Shown: positions 19,208 through 26,959 of the stretch, piece after piece | Position numbering within the stretch: the first letter of the stretch is position 1 | Layout of the letters: every line of letters begins with the position of its first letter | Assembly: GCF_013149785.1 (NCBI RefSeq) | Contig: NZ_JABEZU010000001.1 | Coordinates: forward strand, 186,001-250,000 | Direction: 5' to 3' | DNA: 64,000 nt | From: Isoptericola halotolerans | Lineage (GTDB): Bacteria; Actinomycetota; Actinomycetes; Actinomycetales; Cellulomonadaceae | Position numbers and translations under genes: made by a program | The notes under the pieces: model-generated | Database searches by the model: none | What the model was told of the DNA's origin: nothing | The model's input: only the letters and a program-made list of their open reading frames with translations

Positions 19208-20485
19208 CTACGGTCCGAGCAGGGCGAGCGGCACGACGGCGACCCCGTCCTGGCGGCGGTAGGCATACGGCCCGGTCGTGATGACGACACGGTCGAGCAC
19301 CCGATCGCCGAGCTGGTCGTGGAGCCAGTTCAGGTGGCGGACGTCCTTGTCACTCACGCTCCCGGACAGCTTGACCTCGATGGCGACGACCTTGTGGTCG
19401 GCGCGTTCGACGAGGATGTCGATCTCACGGTTCGTGTCCTTGGTGCGCAGGTGTCCGATGGTCGCGTCGGCGGCACCGGCATAGACCCTGACGGACTGGA
19501 CGACGAGCGACTCGAAGAGTGCTCCGAGCCACGTGGCGGTCTCACGGCGCGCGGTGACGCGCTCGCCCTCTCCGCGGAGCAGTCCCTCTGGCGAGACACC
19601 CGCCAGGCGTGCGGCCAGTGCTGGGTCGACGAGGTGGTGCTTCGGTGTGCGAGTCAGACGCTTGAGCGGTGCGAACAACGGAAGCCAGGCGGGCACGGGA
19701 TCGAGGATGAAGAGGCGAGTCAGGTGCTCGCGATAGATGTCGACCGTCTGCCGAACCGGCTTGTCGTCGTCACCAGGGGTCGCGGCGTCGAGGATGGTGC
19801 TGTAGGACGCATCCGTTGCCGTGGCGGCACCGTACGCAGCGAGCCATCCGGTCAGTGCGGCGGGCCGGCGGACGTGCACGCCGTTCTCCGGGAGCTCCCG
19901 CTCCACGATCCTCGCCAGGTAGCTGTCGAGCTGGTGTCGCCGGGCGGCTTCCGGGAGACCGCGGATGCCGGGGAAGCCGGATCGCAGGATCTCGTCGACG
20001 TACTGCGGCAACCCGACGCTCGACCCCCCGGTGACCGTCGGGAGCTGACCGTCCAGCAGCGCGCGCAACGAGACCGACGGAGTGCTGACCGCTCGCTCGG
20101 CGAACGAGAGTGGACGCATCCTGAACGAGACGATGCGCCCGGCGCCGGAGTGGATCCTGGTTCCGGGGGCAACCCCGGCCGACCCCGCCAGGAGGAAACG
20201 GCCGCCGGTGAGGTCGTCGTCGACGGCTCGCTTGACGCGATCCCAGACCTGCGGCTCGAGCTGCCACTCGTCGACGAGCACCGGTGGTGGCACCCGGGTG
20301 ATCTGGTCGACGTCGGCGGCCAGCGTCTGTCGCAGCAGCTCGTTCGCAAGGTTGAACTCGGTCGTGGCCCGTTGTGTCGCCGTCGCGGTCTTGCCTACGC
20401 CCTTGGCGCCTTCCAGGGCGATGGCGGCGAGGTGGGGAAACAGACCGTCCAACGCCTGGTCGATCACTCGTCGCCGATAGGCCAT
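19208..20485 (-). CDS. AAA+ ATPase (AAA_14-like) with DUF4143 and C-terminal PD-(D/E)xK-like domain
   Basis: Walker A GAKGVGKT, Walker B VLVDEWQ, FLLAGS, SGAGRI, SGFP, TPKHHLVDPAL, GALFES, C-terminal EIDILVE..VVAIEVK. Confidence 0.88.
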   Translation of the reverse strand: MAYRRRVIDQALDGLFPHLAAIALEGAKGVGKTATATQRATTEFNLANELLRQTLAADVDQITRVPPPVLVDEWQLEPQVWDRVKRAVDDDLTGGRFLLAGSAGVAPGTRIHSGAGRIVSFRMRPLSFAERAVSTPSVSLRALLDGQLPTVTGGSSVGLPQYVDEILRSGFPGIRGLPEAARRHQLDSYLARIVERELPENGVHVRRPAALTGWLAAYGAATATDASYSTILDAATPGDDDKPVRQTVDIYREHLTRLFILDPVPAWLPLFAPLKRLTRTPKHHLVDPALAARLAGVSPEGLLRGEGERVTARRETATWLGALFESLVVQSVRVYAGAADATIGHLRTKDTNREIDILVERADHKVVAIEVKLSGSVSDKDVRHLNWLHDQLGDRVLDRVVITTGPYAYRRQDGVAVVPLALLGP

Positions 20486-20492
20486 GGCACCA

Positions 20493-20607
20493 ATCTAACA
20501 GATGGCGACCCTTCTATCTAACAGATTGCCACGCTTCTGTCTGACAGATCGCGGTGCGTCTGTCAGGCAGACCGCCGCCCTACTCTCAGGCAGATGGCCA
20601 CCTCGCG
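20493..20607. repeat. Array of five degenerate 23-bp tandem units directly upstream of the DUF4143 ATPase
   Basis: Units start at 20493, 20516, 20539, 20562 and 20585: ATCTAACAGATGGCGACCCTTCT / ATCTAACAGATTGCCACGCTTCT / GTCTGACAGATCGCGGTGCGTCT / GTCAGGCAGACCGCCGCCCTACT / CTCAGGCAGATGGCCACCTCGCG. Confidence 0.8.
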
Positions 20608-20611
20608 TCGG

Positions 20612-21238
20612 TCAGGGTGCCGCCAGCATGCCCCGCCACGCCGTGCGCACGGCCTCGCGGCACCGCTCGAGCGTGGCCGGCTCGGTCAGCGAGTCCCCGC
20701 GCACCACGTACTGGTAGTAGTAGACCCCGTTGACCAGGTCGATGCTCGCCTCGACGTCGAGGTCCGCGCGCAGCTCGCCACGCTCGATCCCGGCCCGCAG
20801 CAGGGCGACCAGCGCGGACCGCCGTCGGGCGACGTGGGAGCGCCAGTACGCCTGTGCGACCCGCCGGTCGGACATCGCCAGCCGCAACCGCAGACGGAAC
20901 CGCCGCTCGGGGTAGTCGCGCCCGGCCGGGTGCGCGGACGGGGACAGCGCCGCCAGCAGGTTCGCCAGCAGGTCGCCCTCGGTGGAGATCTCGTACGGCT
21001 CGCGACCCTGGTCGAGCGCCGCCGCCACGAGGTCCGTCATCGACGGCCACCGCCGGTAGATCGCCGCGCGGCCGACACCGCTGGCCTCGACGACCCGGGC
21101 GACCGTGACGTCCTCGCCGCGCTCCAGCAGGTCCACGGCCGCCGCCAGGATGCGCTCGTCATGTCCCGCGGCCCGGGGTCGTCCCGGCCGACGGCCCGTC
21201 GCTTCCGACGGCGCGGGCCGGGTGCCCGGCGCCGTCAT
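20612..21238 (-). CDS. TetR/AcrR family regulator
   Basis: GRPR..ILAAAVDLL..VTVARVVEASGVGRAAIYRRWPS; last gene of the phn operon (4-bp overlap). Confidence 0.88.
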   Translation of the reverse strand: MTAPGTRPAPSEATGRRPGRPRAAGHDERILAAAVDLLERGEDVTVARVVEASGVGRAAIYRRWPSMTDLVAAALDQGREPYEISTEGDLLANLLAALSPSAHPAGRDYPERRFRLRLRLAMSDRRVAQAYWRSHVARRRSALVALLRAGIERGELRADLDVEASIDLVNGVYYYQYVVRGDSLTEPATLERCREAVRTAWRGMLAAP

Positions 21239-22023
21239 GCGGTGCCCGACGGTGCCAGGGCGCGTTCGCGGAGCCGGGCGACCAGCCCGTCGGTCAGCCC
21301 GGCGGCACGCAACGGGGCGAGCGGGTCGCCGTGCCGCTCGGCGAGAGCGGCCAGCAGCTCACGCATCGGGGTCTCGGAGAACCTGGTGCGGGCGGCGGCC
21401 CGCGCGGCGGCGTCCAGGTCGAGCCCGAACCGGGCCATCAGCGGTGCCATGACGGGGGCGAGCCGCCGCTGGATCGCGGCCGAGCTCTCGCCGGTGCGGG
21501 CGTAGTCCGCCACGATCGCCTCCGCGTCCGCGCCGAGAGTCAGCAGCAGTGCCGCGGCGAGCACGCCGGTGCGGTCCTGACCGGCCGCGCAGTGGAAGGC
21601 GACCGTGCCGGGGGAGTGCGCGACGATCGCCAGCGCCGTGACGACCTGTGCGGCCGCGCCCTCGTACATCCGCAGGTACATGGCCCCGAACCGCGACTGG
21701 TCGAGCATCGTGGCCGGGTCGGCGTCGCCCGCCGCGCGGCCGATGTCCGCCAGGAACGGCACGTGGTGGTAGCTGATCTCCGACCGTTCGCCGAGCACTC
21801 CGCGGCCGGTGAGGGCCACCTCGTCGGGCGAGCGCAGGTCGACGACGGCGCGCAGCCCGGCGCCGACCAGCTCGTCCGCGAAGGGGCGGTCCGTCGTGGA
21901 CAGGTCGTCGGCGCGCAGCACGACGCCGGGACGGACGGCGCCGCCGGCGACCACGGTCCCGCCGAGGTCGCGCAGGTTCACCGGGGCGGAGAGCGGCAGC
22001 GGGGCGGTGTCGAGCGTGGTCAC
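21235..22023 (-). CDS. Tyrosine-phosphatase-fold (Y_phosphatase3) phosphatase
   Basis: NLRDLGG, VVDLRS, P-loop HCAAGQDRTG, DYART; GTG 22023 overlaps phnE stop. Confidence 0.88.
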   Translation of the reverse strand: MTTLDTAPLPLSAPVNLRDLGGTVVAGGAVRPGVVLRADDLSTTDRPFADELVGAGLRAVVDLRSPDEVALTGRGVLGERSEISYHHVPFLADIGRAAGDADPATMLDQSRFGAMYLRMYEGAAAQVVTALAIVAHSPGTVAFHCAAGQDRTGVLAAALLLTLGADAEAIVADYARTGESSAAIQRRLAPVMAPLMARFGLDLDAAARAAARTRFSETPMRELLAALAERHGDPLAPLRAAGLTDGLVARLRERALAPSGTA

Positions 22024-22859
22024 GTGATCTTCCTCCGGATGACGGCGCTGGCCTGGTCGATGACCGTGACCAGCACGATGATGCAGATGACGATCGCGGA
22101 CAGGTGCCCGTAGTCGTACATCTTCATGGCGGTGGTGAGCTCGAGGCCGATGCCGCCCGCGCCGACCATCCCGAGGATGGTGGCGCCGCGCACGTTGCCC
22201 TCGAAGAGGAGCAACGAGTAGGACACGAGCAGGGGACCGGCCTGCGGCAGGACCCCGTACTGGACGACCTGCCGGCGCGAGGCGCCGACGGCTTCCATGG
22301 CGGTGACCGGGCCGGTGTCGACCGACTCCATCGCCTCGGCGAAGACCTTGCCGATGGAGCCCACCGAGCCGACCGTCATCGCGAGGATGCCGGCGAACGG
22401 GCCCAGGCCGACCGCCGAGACGAACATGAGGGCGAACACCAGGTCCGGCAGGGACCGGATGACGTTCATCGTCCAGCGGCACGGGTAGTACACCCAGCCC
22501 GGGGCGATGTTCGACGCCGCGCCGAACGCCATGAACAGCGACAGCACGGCCCCCAGGACGCTCCCGACGATCGCCATCTGCAGCGTCTCGACGAGCTGGG
22601 CGACGATCACGTCGAGCTTGTCCCACGACGGCGGGAACAGCCGGGTGAGGAAGTCGCCCATGTTGACCGCGCCCTCGCCGAGCTTGGCGACGTCGAAGTC
22701 CGCCCCGACCATCGACCAGTACAGGATCGCGAGTGCGACGGGCACGCCGAGCAGGAACCGGGCTCGGGGGACGGTGAACGCCCGCTCGAGCCGGGCGCGC
22801 TCGGCGGCATCGAGCGCGGTGGCGGAGTGCTCGCGGCGGATGCGCTCAGCGGTGGGCAC
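22020..22859 (-). CDS. phnE: Phosphonate/phosphate-ester ABC permease
   Basis: IRSLPDLVFAL..VGLGPFAGILA..GKVFAEAME..EGNVRGATILGMVGAGGIG. Confidence 0.9.
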   Translation of the reverse strand: MPTAERIRREHSATALDAAERARLERAFTVPRARFLLGVPVALAILYWSMVGADFDVAKLGEGAVNMGDFLTRLFPPSWDKLDVIVAQLVETLQMAIVGSVLGAVLSLFMAFGAASNIAPGWVYYPCRWTMNVIRSLPDLVFALMFVSAVGLGPFAGILAMTVGSVGSIGKVFAEAMESVDTGPVTAMEAVGASRRQVVQYGVLPQAGPLLVSYSLLLFEGNVRGATILGMVGAGGIGLELTTAMKMYDYGHLSAIVICIIVLVTVIDQASAVIRRKIT

Positions 22860-23679
22860 CGTCGGCCTCCTCGGTGCCGTCGGCGTAGAGCACCTCGAGC
22901 CGGTCGGCGTCGAGGTCGGCGGTGGGCGCGGAGACGAGCATCCGGCCGTGCCGCAGCCCGACGATGCGGTCGGAGTGCTCGAGGGCGAGGGGGAGCACGT
23001 GCAGGCTCACGAGCACGGGGATGCCGTCCTCGCGGGCGATCTGGCGCAGCAGGTCGAGCACCGCGTGCGACATCTTCGGGTCGAGGGACGCCACGGGTTC
23101 GTCCGCGAGGACGACCTGCGGGCGCTGCATGAGCGCACGGGCGATGGCGACGCGCTGCTGCTGGCCGCCCGAGAGGGTGCGGGCCTGGACGGTCGCCTTG
23201 TGGGCGATGCCGACGCGGTCGAGCAGCTCCATCGCCCGGCGCCGGTCTGCGCTGGTGAAGCCTCCGACGGCGTTGATCGGGCCGGCGCGGTGCAGGGCGC
23301 CGGTGAGCACGTTCGTCAGCACCGACAGGCGACCGACGAGGTTGAACTGCTGGAAGACCTGGCCGACGCTCGCGCGGAGGTCGCGCAGCCGGCTCCTGCG
23401 CAGCGAGGTCAGCTCGTGACCGCTGACCTGCACGGTGCCGGAGCTGATGGGGGCGAACCCGGTCAGGCACCGCATGAGCGTCGACTTGCCGGACCCGGAG
23501 GAGCCGAGCAGCGCCACGGTCTCCCCGGGGTACAGGTCGAGGTCGACGCCGTCGAGCACGAGCGGGCCGGCGCCGTAGGAGACCTGGAGGTCGCGCACGG
23601 TGACGAGCGCGCCCGGCGTCGGGCCGGACGTCACAGGGCTCGATGTCGTGGTGCTCGTCGAGGCGGCGGTCACGGTCAT
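22846..23679 (-). CDS. phnC: Phosphonate ABC ATP-binding protein
   Basis: [52 protein letters not shown]. Confidence 0.9.
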   Translation of the reverse strand: MTVTAASTSTTTSSPVTSGPTPGALVTVRDLQVSYGAGPLVLDGVDLDLYPGETVALLGSSGSGKSTLMRCLTGFAPISSGTVQVSGHELTSLRRSRLRDLRASVGQVFQQFNLVGRLSVLTNVLTGALHRAGPINAVGGFTSADRRRAMELLDRVGIAHKATVQARTLSGGQQQRVAIARALMQRPQVVLADEPVASLDPKMSHAVLDLLRQIAREDGIPVLVSLHVLPLALEHSDRIVGLRHGRMLVSAPTADLDADRLEVLYADGTEEADGAHR

Positions 23680-23684
23680 CCCGA

Positions 23685-24620
23685 TCAGCCCAGGTCCGAG
23701 ATGTCGACGTCGGCGATCGCGGCGATGTCGACGAACGGCTGGAAGAGGTCGTCGGCAGGTTCGAGGATCGGCTCGGTGCCCTGCATCGCCTCGAACATCG
23801 CCCCGAGCTGCTCGGCGTTGGACTCGACGAAGACGGTCGGCAGCGCCTCGAGCAGCTCGGCCCGCTTGTCCTCGGCGAGCTGCTGGTCGGCGAGCACGGT
23901 GACGGCGACCGGCATGGAGCCGCTGACGCCGAGGGCTCTGGTCTCGCCCTCGTCGAACGGGAACATCGGGTTGTCCTGCCCGGCCATGGTCGGGAAGATC
24001 GTCGAGGTGCACGCGACGTCGATCTGGCCCTCGGCCAAAGCGATGAACGACATGTCGTGGCCGCCGGAGAACATCGAGGTGTAGTCGACGTCCTTCTCCA
24101 GCCCGGCGTCGTGCAGCATCGCCACCGGCATGAAGTACCCGGAGCTGGACGCCGGGTCGGCGAAGGCCACGACGGTGTCGGAGGTGATGTCCTCCAGGCT
24201 CCGCAACGGCGAGTCGTCCATCACCAGGCAGGTGGAGACCGGGTCGTCGTTGCCCGGCCACGCCACGAGCGAGTCCACCTCGCCGGTGTTCACCGCCAGC
24301 GCCGAGGGGAACCCGCTCATGAACCCGATGTCCACGTGGTGGTTGCGCAGCGCCTCCACGACGGCGGTGTAGTCGGGGACGTCGACGATCTCGACCTCCC
24401 GGCCGGTCTCGGCCGTGACCAGCTCGGCGAAGGCCTCGATGGGGTTCTCCGCGCCCGGGTCGTCGCCGAGCGGCGTGGTGGCGAAGGTGAGCGGTGCGTC
24501 GGGGTCGGCCGCCGCGGCTGCCGGGGCGGCGTCGCCGGCCTCCGCGGCGCCGGAGCAGCCGGTGAGGAGGGCGGCGCCGAGGCCGAGGACACCGAGAGCA
24601 GGAAGAGCGCGGACGCGCAT
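23685..24620 (-). CDS. phnD: Phosphate/phosphite/phosphonate ABC substrate-binding lipoprotein
   Basis: Lipobox LTGC; DYTAVVEAL; FADPASSSGYFMP; FSGGHD. Confidence 0.88.
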   Translation of the reverse strand: MRVRALPALGVLGLGAALLTGCSGAAEAGDAAPAAAAADPDAPLTFATTPLGDDPGAENPIEAFAELVTAETGREVEIVDVPDYTAVVEALRNHHVDIGFMSGFPSALAVNTGEVDSLVAWPGNDDPVSTCLVMDDSPLRSLEDITSDTVVAFADPASSSGYFMPVAMLHDAGLEKDVDYTSMFSGGHDMSFIALAEGQIDVACTSTIFPTMAGQDNPMFPFDEGETRALGVSGSMPVAVTVLADQQLAEDKRAELLEALPTVFVESNAEQLGAMFEAMQGTEPILEPADDLFQPFVDIAAIADVDISDLG

Positions 24621-24738
24621 GGTCGTTCCTTTCGGACGGGGTGCGGGTCGCCGGCAGGGGTTCCGTGACCGGCGATGCCGAGATCACACCGCGGCGAGGT
24701 GACGGCGAATTACGAGACCGCCGTACCTGGAACCGACG

Positions 24739-24760
24739 GAACGATGAACTTCCGGTGCAC
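24739..24760 (-). promoter_or_regulatory. Possible PHO box upstream of phnD
   Basis: Minus strand GTGCACCGGAA-GTTCATCGTTC, two 11-nt GTTCA-like direct repeats, both imperfect. Confidence 0.45.
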
Positions 24761-24779
24761 GGCGTGACAGCATGGACGG

Positions 24780-25400
24780 GTGCAGGTCCGGCCGACGACG
24801 CTCGACGGCGTGGTGGACCACGTCGTCGACCTGGTCCTGGCGCGACCCGGCGACCGGCCCGTGCGGCTGGTCGTGGACGGCCACCCGTCCACCCGGCCGG
24901 AGGTGCTCGCCGACGCGCTCGCCGAACCCCTGCGGACCGCAGGACGGCCCGTCGCCCGGGTCCGCGCACGCGACTTCTGGCGGGCGGCCTCGCTGCGCCT
25001 GGAACGCGGGCGCCGGGACCCCGACGCGCTGCTCGAGGACCGGGTCGACGTCGACGCGCTCAACCGGGAGGTCCTCACCTCCGTGGTGCGCCGGGGACGC
25101 TGGCTGCCCGCGCTGCGCGACCCGCGGACCGACCGGTCGACCCGGGCGGCCCCGGTCGACGCGCCACCCGGCACGGTCGTGGTGCTCGACGGCTCCCTCC
25201 TGCTGGGTCTACGCCTCGACGTCGACCTCACCGTGCACCTCGCGCTGCAGCCCGCCACCGAGACCCGGCGCACCGCCCTCGACGACGCCTGGACCCTCGT
25301 CGCGTACGGGCGGTACCGCCGTGAGGTCGCCCCCGGCCGCACCGCCGACGTCGTCGTCCGGTTCGACCACCCGGACCGCCCGGCGCTCGTCATCCGCTGA
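24780..25400 (+). CDS. Uridine-kinase-like protein with degenerate P-loop
   Basis: VVDGHPSTRP, DFWRAASLRLERG, D.DAL.REVL, ADVVVRFDHPDRPA. Confidence 0.7.
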   Translation: MQVRPTTLDGVVDHVVDLVLARPGDRPVRLVVDGHPSTRPEVLADALAEPLRTAGRPVARVRARDFWRAASLRLERGRRDPDALLEDRVDVDALNREVLTSVVRRGRWLPALRDPRTDRSTRAAPVDAPPGTVVVLDGSLLLGLRLDVDLTVHLALQPATETRRTALDDAWTLVAYGRYRREVAPGRTADVVVRFDHPDRPALVIR

Positions 25401-25477
25401 CCGGACCGTGGCACGCACGAAACATCCGGGGTGGACAATGCCGGAAACGTCTCGCAGCTCGTCGGCAGGAGCCCGCC

Positions 25478-26875
25478 ATGATCGTCGCCCCGTTCGGACG
25501 GTTCACCGAGGGCCGCGTCCCCGACCCGGGCATCGCCGCCCTGTTCACCCGCGAGAACCGCTGGCAGGCCCGGCTCGACGTCGAGGCGGCCCTGGCGCTC
25601 GCCGAGGCGGACGCCGGCCTCATCCCCAAGGAGTCCGCCCGCGCCATCGCGCTGACCGCCCGCATCGAGAAGCTCGACATCAAGCGGGTCCTGGCCGCGA
25701 CGGCGGAGGCCAGCCACCCGTTGGTGCCGCTCATCGAGGAGTTCGCGCGCGCCGTCGGGTCCAAGCACGGCGGGTGGGTGCACTGGGGGGCGACCACCCA
25801 GAACATCACCCAGACCGCCGACGTGCTGGTCCTGCGGGACGCCCACCGGCTCCTGCTGCGACAGCTCTCGCGGGTGCTGCGCTCCGCGGCCGGGCTGGCG
25901 GAACGCTCTGCAGGGCTGCCGATGGCCGGGCGCACCCACTCCCAGCACGCGGTGCCGATCACCTTCGGCTTCAAGGTCGCCGTGTGGATCGACCAGCTCG
26001 TGGCGCACACCGAACGGCTGGAGCGTCTCGACGACCGGCTGTTCTGCGTCCTCATGGGTGGTGCTGCCGGGACCTTCGCCTCCTTCGGCGACGCCGGCCG
26101 CGTCATCGAGGCCGGGGTGGCTCACCGGCTCGGCCTGCACCCGATGCGCGTCCCGTCGCGGGCGATCAACGACGGGATCGTCGAGCTCGTGCTCGTCCTG
26201 GCCCAGCTCGCCGGCACGATCGGCAAGGTCGCCAAGGACGTCTACGCGCTCATGCAGCCCGAGTTCGCCGAGGCGTTCGAGCCGGTGCCCGAGGGCACCG
26301 TCGGCAGCTCGACCATGCCGCACAAGCGCAACCCGCAGCTCGCCCTCGACCTGCTCACCATGTCCGCCGAGCTGCGGGCGCTCGCGGCGCCGGCGCTGGA
26401 GTCGATGCTGCACGACCAGGAGGCCAACGGCGCGATGACCGCGTTGCTCGAGGACGTCGCGGCCTCGGCCGCCGTGCTGGCGGGGGACATGCTCGCCCGC
26501 CTCGAGGTGATCGTGGAGGGTCTCGTCCTCGATCCTGCTCGCATGCGCGACAACATCAGCCTGTCGGCGGGCATGATCGGCTCGGAGTCGCTGATGCTCG
26601 CCCTGGGGGAGAAGATCGGCCGGCAGAAGGCGCACGACGTCGTGTTCGAGGTGGCGCAGGCGACGGCGGGCGGCGACGTGCCGTTCGTCGAGAGGCTGCT
26701 CGACGAGCCCGTGGTCGCCGGGGCCTTCGACCGGGCCGAGCTGGGTGAGCTGATCGACCCGGCGGCCTACCTGGGCCTCAGCGCGCAGATCGCCGGGGAT
26801 CTGGCGGCCTGCGCGACGGCGACGGCCGACCGGCTGGACGCCGTGCCGCCGCGGGCACCGCTCATGACACGCTGA
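25478..26875 (+). CDS. Adenylosuccinate lyase / fumarase-aspartase superfamily lyase
   Basis: HWGATTQNI, GRTHSQHAVPITFG, signature GSSTMPHKRNP. Confidence 0.88.
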   Translation: MIVAPFGRFTEGRVPDPGIAALFTRENRWQARLDVEAALALAEADAGLIPKESARAIALTARIEKLDIKRVLAATAEASHPLVPLIEEFARAVGSKHGGWVHWGATTQNITQTADVLVLRDAHRLLLRQLSRVLRSAAGLAERSAGLPMAGRTHSQHAVPITFGFKVAVWIDQLVAHTERLERLDDRLFCVLMGGAAGTFASFGDAGRVIEAGVAHRLGLHPMRVPSRAINDGIVELVLVLAQLAGTIGKVAKDVYALMQPEFAEAFEPVPEGTVGSSTMPHKRNPQLALDLLTMSAELRALAAPALESMLHDQEANGAMTALLEDVAASAAVLAGDMLARLEVIVEGLVLDPARMRDNISLSAGMIGSESLMLALGEKIGRQKAHDVVFEVAQATAGGDVPFVERLLDEPVVAGAFDRAELGELIDPAAYLGLSAQIAGDLAACATATADRLDAVPPRAPLMTR

Positions 26876-26959
26876 GCCGTTGATGTTGCGCCGGGGCGTC
26901 CGTCACGCCAGAGTGGTGCAGGTCACAGGCGTCTGAGCGAGCAGGGGGCGGGGACACGG

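Noticed and set aside
20493..20607. 23-bp array as a CRISPR array
   Set aside because: The core is only 11 bp with 12-bp spacers, far below CRISPR dimensions, and there are no cas genes in the window.
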